Assembly (NCBI GenBank): GCA_054600435.1
Contig: BAAIJX010000008.1
Coordinates: 434,001-498,000 of the forward strand
Direction of reading: 5' to 3'
DNA: 64,000 bases
Origin: Neophaeotheca triangularis
Lineage: Eukaryota
Both the position numbers and the translations under genes were made by a program. How positions within the stretch are numbered: position 1 is the stretch's first letter; the number at the start of each line of letters is the position of its first letter. Below the pieces are notes generated by a model. The model had not been told where the DNA came from. It ran no database searches and saw only the letters and a list, made by a program, of their open reading frames with translations. Shown here piece after piece: positions 34,849 to 46,500 of the stretch.

Positions 34849-36191
34849 ATGATTGACCTCGCCGCCGCCCTTGAGGACAAGCGCACGCCATATGTGTTGC
34901 TTGTCCAACGCCAATCGAACAGCAACAGTCGTCCGTCCAGCCTGCTGGAATATGGTCTAGCTCAAGACGAAGTTGTTAACTACCTAGATGACAACCTCCA
35001 CGGATCAGACCTGGAAAGAAAAATCCACCGTACAAATACGACTGCCTTCGCAAAGGATATCTTCACCAACAGCAACCGTTTCAGAACAACTGATGGTACG
35101 TTCTTCCACGCTTTCGCACCACTCTGGAGCTCTCGACATCCAACGTGGCCGGTGATAGCCGAAATCAATCTGATCAAGCCAAAGGCACCGCCGGGAGTAC
35201 CAACAACTCTCGGCCTGTCTCTACCATCGGCCAAGGCACCGCGCCTTGCGCGGAGCTATATCTCGTGCTCAAGCATTACACAGACAGCAACGACCGCCTG
35301 GATTACCGCCCACACGTCCATTCCGTCAGCGCTCGGAGCGCCCCGTCGTACACAGTCCTGGGCGATCTGATAGTTCCTAGCCACACCACTCGCGCTCGGG
35401 TCCGCAAGCTATTGAAGACTCCGGGAATCCAGTCAACGCTACTCACCGAGGTGCTGAAGGATGATGACATCGTTCACCTGGACCCGGATGGCGATCTCGT
35501 GCGCAAACTCAACAACAACGGCGGCTGTTTGATGGGTTGTGTCAACGGCTGGTTGCCCAACCTAGCGAAGCTCAATTGCGCGATCCCCAACTACACAAGC
35601 CCGGTTTCGCTGGATCACGCCACGATCTGCCCTGGTTGCATCAAACCGAGAGTGAGCAAGGCTCACGAGACCTTGTTGGCCCGGGCCGAGTACGAAGACT
35701 TGCATGTGGACGTTTACCAACAAACGGTCGAACTTTCACGCCTCATGACCGAATTTGAGACCATCCGCAGCGCCAAGGGGTACGCCGGGCATTACTGGAA
35801 CCTTCACGACTATAACTTGCCAAGAGATGCACTCACAGCCTCGAATCCTGCGACAGGGGTCTACTCGGAGGAGAGAGTGTGGGAAGAGTTCTCCGAAGCG
35901 TACGAGCCATCTCCCATCATAACAAGGCATCCAGCAACACAAGAGACGATCAAAAACCTACCACTGGTCAGCTTCTCGCCGTACGCGGAAGCGAAGAGCG
36001 ACAGTTGCCTCATCTGTCTTGTACAGTTCGAGGGCCAGCAAGAGCTTGCGAGGTTGCCGTGTGGGCATCTCTATTGCGCTGATGGGTGCATTCAGAATTG
36101 GCTCGGCGAGCAAAACACTTGTCCAGGATGTCGCGCCAAGGTTGGGCCAGAGGCAGAGGTTGATCGGGTCAAGCAGGGGCTGAGTGACTGA
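34849..36191 (+). CDS. RING-finger paralogue 2 (splice acceptor uncertain; possibly a pseudogene)
   Basis: Exon 1 MIDLAAALEDKRTPYVLLVQ.. with a phase-1 donor GTACGT at 35096. Downstream frame has ELYLVL...CLMGCVNGW...ICPGC... and RING CLIC..CGHLYCADGC..W..CPGC. Confidence 0.65.
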
Positions 36192-37329
36192 ACGGGAGTT
36201 GGAGGCGTTCAAGGCTGGCTATTGGCGAGGAGTTTGGGTTGCTGCGTCAGGGTGCTGTATAGCCATGATACCCCTTTCCGATTCGGTACATATTCTTCAA
36301 TTGCAATGCTTCACTTTTCTTACCGTGTAGCTCGCTCGCCTTCCAACCTAAGATATCATTGACCATCCCCGCTGTACATATTGCTTAGGCTCCCACGAGT
36401 CTTCTACAGCTGCCGCTGCGGCGAGTGGTAGCAGCGCATCTTAGATAGCATGCCCCTGAGCTCGTCGCATGTCGTGGACCAACGGGGCGGAGACTTGAAC
36501 TGTCGTCCCCCGCTTCTCGATATGTTCATGTCCGGAACCTGCTTGGTTGAAAACTAATGCCGGGTTAAAGCCCGAACAAGGCCCTGTTGACATCGTTTCG
36601 ATTAGGTCTTGCGCATTGTCTTCCTTCTGCGTGGCCGACGGAGCATGCCCGAGCGAGCAACTCGTCGCTGCCACAACAATGGATCGCTCTTGTCCTGAAT
36701 AAAGGCGTTCTGGAGTCCTGGCTGCCTGGAAATCTGTTTTCCCTTGTCCGTCTAGACATTGATCTTTGCTTTGCAGGCGTTGTCGATCATTCCGCCGCTC
36801 CGACTTTTAAGGGGGGTCGCTAGTGGTACTTATATCTGTGCCGTACATTCAGAGGTTTCTACGCTCCTTACATCGGTCGACCTATCTTTCAATATTACCG
36901 TTACAGCTTGAATGCAAATATAAAACGTTGGCCTGCTTGATTGTAATGCAGCGCTCACCTACCCTTCGCACACTGCAACCCCTCTTTCCTCTCTTCCTGT
37001 CGTGCTACAGTATGAAGAGCTGCCTCGGATCCATGTCTGCAGAGCAGCATGTCATCTGGAGACCATAGCTGACAATGACAGCACGGAACACCCCGAAGAT
37101 GGCCCTAGCGTGCCCGCATACTACCGGGAGATTAAAGTGAATGTCAGTTCTGCAGCTCTTGGCAGTCCGTGGCTGCTTGTGAGGTCATCCAAAGGATCAT
37201 TCACTTCGGAAATTTCTTCGGCCCGAGCCCGGTGTTACGCCAGGACCGTGAAACACATGTGACCAAGTCCGGCTCTTTTGGCTTCTCCTGGTCCTTTCCT
37301 CGAGTCCTATCGTTGCCAACGTCAGCAGC

Positions 37330-38706
37330 ATGGAGTCCACCGACGACATGGAGCATCTTCTGTCAAGCCTTAACGCTATGGAGGAGTTAGACACGCCTTT
37401 CGTCGTGTTCATTCAACACCCTGCTGCGGACAACGACCACGAGGACTTATCAGAACCCTCAGAGATCGATCGAGCGCCAGATGGTCTCATTGATCGCGCA
37501 GCACAAGATTCTCTCGAGCACAACCTCCAACACGAAGGCGACCAAGCTATCAGCAACATCGTGGCCGCCGCACAAGACCTTTCTCTCGCTACCGACGTTG
37601 CGAGAAACACAATTCACGGTTCGCGCTCTTCCGCCCGCCTGAGCTCGCCCCCTGCCGCTTTAACCGCTGAGCTTACCGCTGCTTGATAACAGCAATCTAA
37701 TTGTGTTTCAGAGAACGCCGGAGACTCCAGCCAGCCCCTAGCTGCCGCCGAAGGAGAGCAGATTGCGACGTTTGTGGGGGAGCTATACCTCGTCCTCAAG
37801 AAGCATAGAAAGGAGCGCTTGATCGACCTGGAGATGGTTCAGCTCCAGTACGAACCTCAGCCGAACTCCGCCGCCGCCCAGGGGCGAATATCGTACTCCA
37901 TCATCGACAGGGCCGTTGTAATTTCCAATCGCCAAGGCGCGGCACAGCAGTTGGAGGACGGGATGGTCGCTACTTGCACGCTTTCTGAGATCCTTGGCCC
38001 TGACGATCTTCTGGACGTCAACCCAACCGCGGAAGTTGTCTGCCACTGCACCTCATGCAACCAATGCCCCCTCGGCTGCGTTGACGGCTGGTTGCCCGAT
38101 CTCGCCACCCTGAACGGCGCCATCCCTCAATACACAAGCCCGGCCATCATCGACCACCCCACCATCTGCCCAACATGCGTAGATATCAAGCTCACGAAGC
38201 AACACGAAGTCATGATGGCTAGGGTCGAGCAGCAGGGAGGTTATATGAGCCGCGACTGGCAGCCCGTCCAACTCGGCAACCTCGTTCATCTGATTCTCGA
38301 TTTCGAAGCGGCCCGCTCGGCCAACGGATACGCCACCACGTCCTGGTGCTGTTTGGATTACGGGCTGCCCTTGGATGCAATGGACCGCGAAATGGCCAGG
38401 ATGGACACGGACGCAACGACCAACGACCAAGAGCACTTTTGGGCTGCGGCACTCGACACGACCGCGCGCGAGCCTCGTAGCAACCCAGCTAGCGAGAAGG
38501 CTATCACCGACCTCAAGCAGGTATCTCGGCAAGGCAGCATGGAGGAACAAGAGGTGTGCTTGGTTTGCAGGAACGAGTTTGAAGCGGGCCAGATTGTGAC
38601 AGAGCTGGGCTGCGGCCATATTTTCTGTGCAGCTGCGGAGGAATGCATCCAGACGTGGCTCCGAAGCCAGAAGACCTGCCCGGCTTGTCGCAAGGCGGTC
38701 GAATAG
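37330..38706 (+). CDS. RING-finger paralogue 3
   Basis: Exon 1 37330-37618 and intron 37619-37711 (GTTCGC..CTAAT..CAG) give an in-frame join. Then ELYLVL, CPLGCVDGW, ICPTC and RING CLVC..CGHIFCAAAEEC..W..CPAC. Confidence 0.8.
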
Positions 38707-39752
38707 CGGCACTTGCCGACTTCAGACTTCAGAGATTCGAGACGGCCCCGGGAGTATAACATATGAAGCAAGCGTTAAATTGGAGTGCCAGGAAAAATAG
38801 TCTGCACGCAAAAGGCAAAGAATTGGTATTTCAGGATCAAGGCTCATGGTAGAAGGCGAAGGAATGGGGATTGGTAGGCGTGACGGCGTTTTATGCTTAC
38901 CTGGAATACCCTACGCTGCTACTTTGCAATTAATAGTCTTGTACTTTACGATCGAGGTGCAACTGCCATGCTCTGGCCTCGCAGGCTGTGAAGATCTTCG
39001 AGGAGCTCTCCAGCCCCCTCTCTTTGCCCTCTCTTGCTTCCCCTCGATTCCCACTCACTTTCGCTTGGTCATGCCAACAGGAGATTCAGCGCCCTGGCAG
39101 CTCGCAGAGATAATTCCGTTGGCTCCACGGTCGCTTCCGCCCAGCTAGACGGTTCCGTTCAAGATATGCAACAGAACTCGCCCGCCACTCATCGCAGGAC
39201 TTAGAGCTCTTTGGGAGCCGGCCGATGTAGTAAGATTGTTTTCAACTTTCTAGTAGGTGGTAGAAAGTCATAGGTGATCTTGGACCCAGGACTAGATTCG
39301 AGCTGCTCCCAGCGAAAGTTTGGCCCGAGATCCGCAGTCGCTGTGCAAGTTGTTTCGTTAATCAGGAGGACACTAGAGCATGAGTAGCCAACCCATTCGC
39401 TAGTCAGGAGCCTGGTTTTGTCGTATGTATCCAATGCACCCCTCCCGAAAGTGTTAACCTGCAACGCAGGCTCCTGAATATTGCCGAACAGGCGATGAGC
39501 TACTAGCAGAATGTGAGCACTCCAGAATATGCCGGCCGGCGAGGTGAGGTTGGAAAGTTCGTGGAAGCCTGCCATTGAGCACCTGCACGAAGGCTCCAGG
39601 CCGAACCTCACCTCTACCTAAAAACCTCACCTTCCCCAACACCTTCAACAACAGTGACGACAGCCCGCACCTCCACAACCTTCAGCTCCTGTCAACCGTT
39701 GCTCAATCATCTTCGCCACAAACAACAGTCCCTGAACATCTTCTCCAAAATC

Positions 39753-40881
39753 ATGTCATCCACCCTCACCATTCCACAGGGTCTCGCCCTCTCGAGTGCA
39801 GGATTGCAGCCGTTCGTCATTCTCGCGGATCAAGACAATCATGCCGCAGAAGACCACGAGACCATACCAAGCGGTAAGAATCAATCATTATCCTCCATCC
39901 CCCGTGCAACGCTAACAGCAAGCAGCAGTCTACCTCGTGCTCGATCTTCTCCACCTCCGCGGCTCATGCTACAACGCACGTGTCCTCGAGCTCCCCTTTT
40001 GCGCCCATCCAGGTCACCAAGCCAGCCGCGGCACGTTCTCTTACACGCTCGTTGACGGCGACGTGAAGAGCAACGTGTTCGCTCCCGGGAACATGGCACG
40101 TGCAAGTGCAGCTGTACACGATCCTCAAACCCCACTGCTCAGCAACCTCGTCGGATGGCAGTGCCGCATCGTCCCGAACCCGAGCGCCGAGGAGGTCCTC
40201 CAGTCTGTCCATGGGGGGCGATGTCCGGTACCATGTGTCGCCGGCTGGGTGCAGGGTTCGCAGGTGGAGACTATGCTGCCCGACTACATACGCCCGGCGC
40301 CCCCGCTCTACCATGTCATGCAGAGAGTCCGCGCAGTTTGTCCCGTTTGTATGGGTCCATCCTTGACCAGAGAGCATCAAAGTCTCCGAGCTGACGCTGA
40401 AGAAGACAACTGGACCGACGCAGAAATGGGCAGGGCGTTCGCACAGTTCCGCATCAACTTCAATCAGATGGCCTCCGTGCGAGGTTATCCTCATTCTCAG
40501 AGAGCCGAGAACGAGTGGATCGACGTTCAAGACGACGTGGACAGCGACGAGGACGAGGACGAGGACGAGAACGAGAACGAGGACGAGGACGATGACGATG
40601 ACGACACCGAGGTCACGGAGATGGTGGATGCCGCAGGCAATCTCACAATCTTGCCAGCTTTGGACGACACAATCGCCGGTGTTGCAGAAGCGCGCTACGC
40701 AGAAGATTCCGATCCTGGTACGGCCTGCCCCATATGCCAGGAGGAAATCAATCGCGGTGACAGAGTCTTTACGCTTGGGTGCAGTCACATTTTCTGCGGC
40801 GGCGATTGCATCCAGAGGTGGCTTGCACAGAAGGCGACGTGCCCCGTATGCCGCAGAGCACTGTGCAAACCAATTCCCTGA
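39753..40881 (+). CDS. RING-finger paralogue 4
   Basis: Exon 1 39753-39873, intron 39874-~39925 (GTAAGA..GCTAAC..CAG) in frame. Then VYLVL, CPVPCVAGW, VCPVC, an acidic run and RING CPIC..CSHIFCGGDC..W..CPVC. Confidence 0.82.
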
Positions 40882-41131
40882 GGTCAGCAGCAAGTGCTTC
40901 GACTGCACTGAAGAGCTCCAATCGGCAATGGCCTGAATCAGGAGCAGCGGGAGGAATGGAAGGCGCAGGAGCGAGATGCAAAGGAGGAATTGGGAGCGTG
41001 AAGAGTACAAAGAATACGGTCATGAATAGGAAAGGTTCGGGTTGCCCCAGGGGAGAGTGGCGAGATGATGACTTGGGATCCCGTAGTTGTACAGTAGCAG
41101 AGACACTTAACTTTGACGAGACGACGCTCAA

Positions 41132-42304
41132 TCACCATCGCGCAAAGTCTGGAACGCTTGACTGGAATTGATTTGCTGGAAGAGAGAGGTTAATCTTGGT
41201 ACTTCAAGCAGCTCACGAGGGAGAACAAAACTCACCGAAGACCGCAGTGCCATGACATTCTGCATCCTGCTGCTTAGCTTTGGCCTCATCCATCCATTCT
41301 CCAATCTTCTGTAACCGGTTGTGGTTGCTTGGGTGCGTGCTTAGGAATTGTGGCGGGGCAGCGTGCTCTTCCTTCTCCATACGTGCCCATAATGCAGCTG
41401 CGGCTTCTGGGTCGTAGCAACTTTCGGCCATCATGAGAAGACCAATATAATCCGCTTCTGACTCCTGAGATCTGGATCCAGGCCGCAAAAATGCAAGATC
41501 TACGATGGTGGACCCAAACCCGGCGTCAATACCCAGTGCGAAAGAGCCCAGGTATGCCAACACAAGAAGGGGGATTACTCGGGAGAGCCGTTCGGCGGAG
41601 TGATGGGCGACATTATGCGCAATCTCGTGGCCAAGAACCGCCGCCATCCCGTCATCGCCTCGGCAGACGTCCATGATGCCGCTAAATACGAAGACCTTAC
41701 CGCCAGGGATGACAAAGGCGTTCTTCTCCGGTGAGTCAATGACATGGACCTCCCACCGCTCGCCGTCAAGGCCAGAATGGGGGATCAAACGATCAAGCAC
41801 ACGCTGTACCATTCGATGCTTCGGGTGATTTGCTGGCAAAATCTGCTGCTGGTACTCCTGCATGGTCTGCTTGTACAGTGACTCTCCCTGCGAAGCTTCG
41901 TACTCTGGGGAGATGATGTTGAAGCGTCGACGGTGAGAAACAGGAACATGCTCGGTGTTGAAGACGACGAAGCCGGCCACAACGATACCTGCGGCCCCGG
42001 CTTCGTAGTATGCGGTTGGCCTAGCCGCCCAACGACGGAGCAGGCTGCTGCTGGCTTGGAAGCGACGGTAGTTGAAGGCCTGGCGCTGATTCGGCTGACT
42101 TGGTGAATAACATCGCTGCTGCTGTTGGCCGTGTCTTTGAAAGAGATTCCGCCATGGATTGTGTTGTGAATCGAAGCGTAACTTGGCGTAACCTCGAGAT
42201 GAGACGAATTTACCCGTGGCAAAGCCTCGACCCGTAATTGTTCTGCGAGGTACAATTTTCCATGATGCCGCGAAGCTCGCGACAAATTCACCTGCTGCAA
42301 ACAT
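41132..42304 (-). CDS. OMA1: Mitochondrial metalloendopeptidase Oma1 (peptidase M48)
   Basis: Motifs NAFVIPGGKVFVFSG, HEIAH, ESEADYIG and LSTHP; Arg-rich presequence. A 3' intron 41235-41176 gives a final exon ANQFQSSVPDFARW*. Confidence 0.93.
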
Positions 42305-42676
42305 TTTGTCTCCCTTCTCATCTGCAGAGTAGTGTCCAGGAGGTGAGGTTGGGTGGCATCACTCTCCCACCGCTGATCGACTTTCACCCTCCCTTCCATC
42401 GGGCCGGAGATTTGCCGCGCTCTCGCGTTCCGTTTTTGGAGTCTAGACTGTTGCCCGTACTTACCTTGGGTCATTTTCAATGATTTTTAAAACTCGAATT
42501 CTTGAAACTCGGATTCCTGAATTTATGTTTTGTAGTTAGAATAATAACGCATCTTACTATAACCTAGGCTTCCTTCTAGATAATATACCTAGGTAGGTAT
42601 AACGGTCGTATACACCTATAAGACTCGGATTCCTATCCTATAGCCCTACTTTAACTTCTATTCTTTCCTTACGATA

Positions 42677-43042
42677 ACCCTCTCGAAACCTCTCGGTATA
42701 ACTATAACCTCTTAAAACGCGATAACGGCCTCTCGAGATGCAGCGACGGCCTCTCGAAATGCGACGACAGCCTCTCGAAATGTAGTAACAGCCTCTTAAA
42801 ATACGACGATGTCTTAAAATGTAATGACGGCCTCTCGAAATGTAGCGACGGCCTCTCGAAATGCGACGACGGCCTCTCGAAAAAGCAGCGACGGCCTCTT
42901 AAATGCGACGATGTCTCGAAATACGACGACGGCCTCTCGAAATGTAGCGACGGCCTCTCGAAATACGACGACGGCCTCTTAAAATGTAGCGACGGCCTCT
43001 TAAAATGTAGCGACAGCCTCTTAAAATGCGACGACGGCCTTA
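42677..43042. repeat. ~21-bp minisatellite (GCGACGGCCTCTCGAAATGTA-like), about 17 degenerate copies
   Basis: Repeated gacggcctctcgaaat[g/a] with variants such as ctcttaaa. Confidence 0.9.
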
Positions 43043-43206
43043 TTACGGTAAGAGGCCTCTCCTCCTCTTTCCTAGCTAAGGAGGGCCTAGCTAGTAGGAG
43101 AGGGCCTACCTAGTAGGTACTACCTCCTTACTTATTTACTACTTATACCCTATAGCGTAGATAGATTAGCTAGACCACTTTACTTCTATTACATATTCTA
43201 ACTAAT

Positions 43207-43590
43207 TGTCTTAGAGCGTGTTATATAGTAGCTGAGAATTGAAAAGATTAACTAGTAAATCACTCTCAACTCAAAAGTCTACCTAACTACCCCTAGTCTA
43301 CCTAACTGTCCCTAGTCTACTCGACTCCTACTAGTCTGTCTACCTACTAGCGGTCTACCTGACTCTCGCTAGTCTATACGACTACTAATAGTCTATATGA
43401 CTCTCGCTAGTCTACTCGACCATTAACAGTCTACCTAACTCGCTCTAGTCTACCCTACTCGCTCTAGTCTACTAGACTTACCGAAGTCTACCTGACTCGC
43501 TAAAGTCTAAGAGACTTGCCGAAGTCTAAGAGACTTGCCGAGGTTTCTCTAATTAGACGAGGTCTATAAGACTAAGGTTAAGACGAGACA
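43207..43590 (+). repeat. Candidate 5' LTR of element A, with internal ~21-bp TAGTCTAC repeats
   Basis: Bounded by TGTCT(T/C)...GAGACA inverted termini (one RIP-type change) and directly upstream of the gag-like region. The partner LTR is not in the window. Confidence 0.45.
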
Positions 43591-46500
43591 GCCCTAAATA
43601 GTTAATACTAAGTCAGACGATAACGATAGGAAGTTAGAAAGAATACCTAGGTAGAGTAAGAATAAGATAGGGAACGAGTACAACTTACTTCAAGCATTAC
43701 TATACGCGCCTAGCGGAAGCTAGTACCCTTATCGCGGTCCTATTACCTTTAAGGAGACCGTAGCTACTTAGTAAGATTTCGATTACATAGCCCTCTAATC
43801 TCACAATAAACTTCCGCATTCTACAAATATCCCCTAACAACACTAAGAGTTCGATCGAATCGATTAAGCTCTAGTTATATAGACATCCTAGATTCGCTCC
43901 TAGACCTTACTAAGTTCTAGATCGAAACTACTCACTAATTGTCAAACTTTTATAGCGATTAACCTAGATCTAAGGCTGTCTACGGAAGATATAAGACTAT
44001 CTAGCGTATTGTAGACATAATCGCTACTAACTACCCCTATACTAGTTCTAAACACTAGGAGTTTAGTTTCCTAATAGCTTAGTGTGTCGATAAGACCTTA
44101 ATTACTCTAGAAGTCAAGGACCTACTTTCTACTTACGAAGGCCTACGACACTACCTAGTCTTATAAATCGAGCCGCCCCCTTCTATAGATCATTTAGGAG
44201 TAGCTACTACTACGTCCGCTCCCTATAGACCTCTGTCTACATTAGTCGCTAGGATCCTGCCTAAGCTAGAGTGGAATGCTCGCTAAAAGCTACTAGTTAC
44301 CCTAGAACAGACTCCTTTACCTAAAGATGACGAGTTAATTAGCCCTACGATTAGCGATGACATAATTAGAACGGAAAACTATGTTTTCCCTAGTTTCTAG
44401 TCGATAAGCAAACCTAACTTTTCCCCTACTTAGTCGATTTCGACCGTGATATTAGAGGGATCTTCATTATTAATTCCGCCATAACTAGCCGAATTCCGTA
44501 AAGCCCCTCATGCCTTTCACGAGCCTCTAAGACTAGCTATTACCCTCTCTAAGGACGTCCCTAGTACTATACTTCTATCTCGACGCTATACTGTGACATT
44601 ACTACTAGCCGCCCTATACTCTCTAATCATAATTATAGCTACTAGATAACTATAGTACTTCGACTACCTTAATGAGAATAGCGAGGAAACTGTTATAGGA
44701 CCTAGTACCCTACTAAACGGTCTATAGGAGGACGGGGAAGATCCTTAAGAAGTAAGAGACGAACCCCTATAGATTATTAACCTCATAATAGTAGCGCTAG
44801 ACGAGATAGTTAATAGAGCTATAGTAGGAGCAATCTAGGAGCTCGACGCCTACGCTAAGACGCGTTTTAAGGCTTTCCGCCGCGGCCTAGAAACGAGAGG
44901 TGATACCGATAGAGGTACTCGTTAGGCCGAGAGATAGGACGCCTAAGCACATAGATATCTCGGCGACGATTACCGCGAGAACGCTTAAAGGCTAAGTAGC
45001 TAGGACGTCCGGAACTACAGGCATTACTACGAGGAATAGCGCCGAGATAGTTAATAATCTAGTAGAGAATAGGCAAGTAATAGTAGGTTCTCCCGCGAGG
45101 ACTGTCTTAGACGAGGGGGTTTTCCCCTAGATAAAGAAACGCGTCCCTCTAACCCCCCTAATCCTAATCCTTCTAGCTCGGACACTAATAGCCGCCCTTA
45201 TAGCCGTTAGGATAGACGCGGTAGAGGCCGGCTATAGTAGCCGTCGAGAAGTTATCAAGACTCCTACTAGCCCGAATCACGCTCCTATTCCTATACCTAT
45301 CACTCCTTTTTTAGAGCTAAGGATGTTAGTTTTTTTGATCTATACCTATCTAACATAGAAGCCCCCCTAGGCGATACCACTATATATTAGAATAAGCCCT
45401 ACTATCGCTCCATCCATTTTTTCATCTAGGTAGCAAGAGACTATGTAATGGTTAATAGCGCTATAGCCATTAGGCTCTAGCTTAGTAAATGTCTCTAGGG
45501 TACTATAAGTTAGTAGTTTATAGCCTAGCTTAGCGAGTTAGAGTATGACAACCTACGAGGTAAGCCTAGCATTAAGCGATAGGAGATAGCTCTCTATAAC
45601 AAATATAGGGTCTTAGTAATAACGGCTATAGTAAACCTCACTACTAAGGCCTATACTAAGGATGATATATGTACCGGACGCCCCCCCTCTAAGTTTATAC
45701 TTAGCTATTACTAATAGGCACTCGAGGCCTATATCGATAGCATAGAAGCACATCTAGCCTAATGTTAGATAAAGATCGACAGTTAGCTCTGTCACGACAT
45801 CATGAAACTAGATAGTAAAAGCACGTAGGAAGAGATGATTAGGGAAATGGAAGACGCTATAGACGTTTAGAGGGATCTTTATCCCCCCTACCCCTATTTT
45901 TCTAACACTAAACGTAAGCCGACCTACATGAATCGCTCTAAGGATAATAGTAGTCATAGAAACTATACTGATAGCTACTAGGAGTCTTAAGACTCGGGTA
46001 GTCGCTACGATTCTAATAACCGCTACGACACTAATAATTACTAATAGCGACAGAATTTTACCCCTAGGCGAGCCGAAAACGCTAGTAACCGAGCTCCCTA
46101 GGGGCCTCCTATGAGAAGAGAGTCCGATTCGAGTGAATAGATAGTAGTTAACTACTAGTCTTAGTAGTATCTAGGATAGAGTAGGTAGAACCGACCTAGA
46201 TAACTAGCTAATAACTACCTCGCTAGTATAGGCGAGGAGGAAAACATCTAGGACGAAGTTACTAAGATAGTAGAAGCCGAGCTACTACGAGGCGATGACT
46301 CTAATAATAAGGCTAGGTAGGAGGTAGTAGTCAATTTTAACGACTTAGTTCGTTATGACTATAGTAATGAGGACGATTTTCTTAATAGTAACGACTTAAC
46401 AGAAGTCTATGTTAACTAAGCGCTACCCCTAAGCCTTTTCGCCCTATCTAATGACTACATACTACGCCCTACCGTAGCCCTAGCACTATGACTAGTTAAA

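Noticed and set aside
42677..43540. Short periodic repeats resembling a CRISPR array
   Set aside because: Head-to-tail units without unique spacers, in a eukaryotic RIP context with no cas genes.
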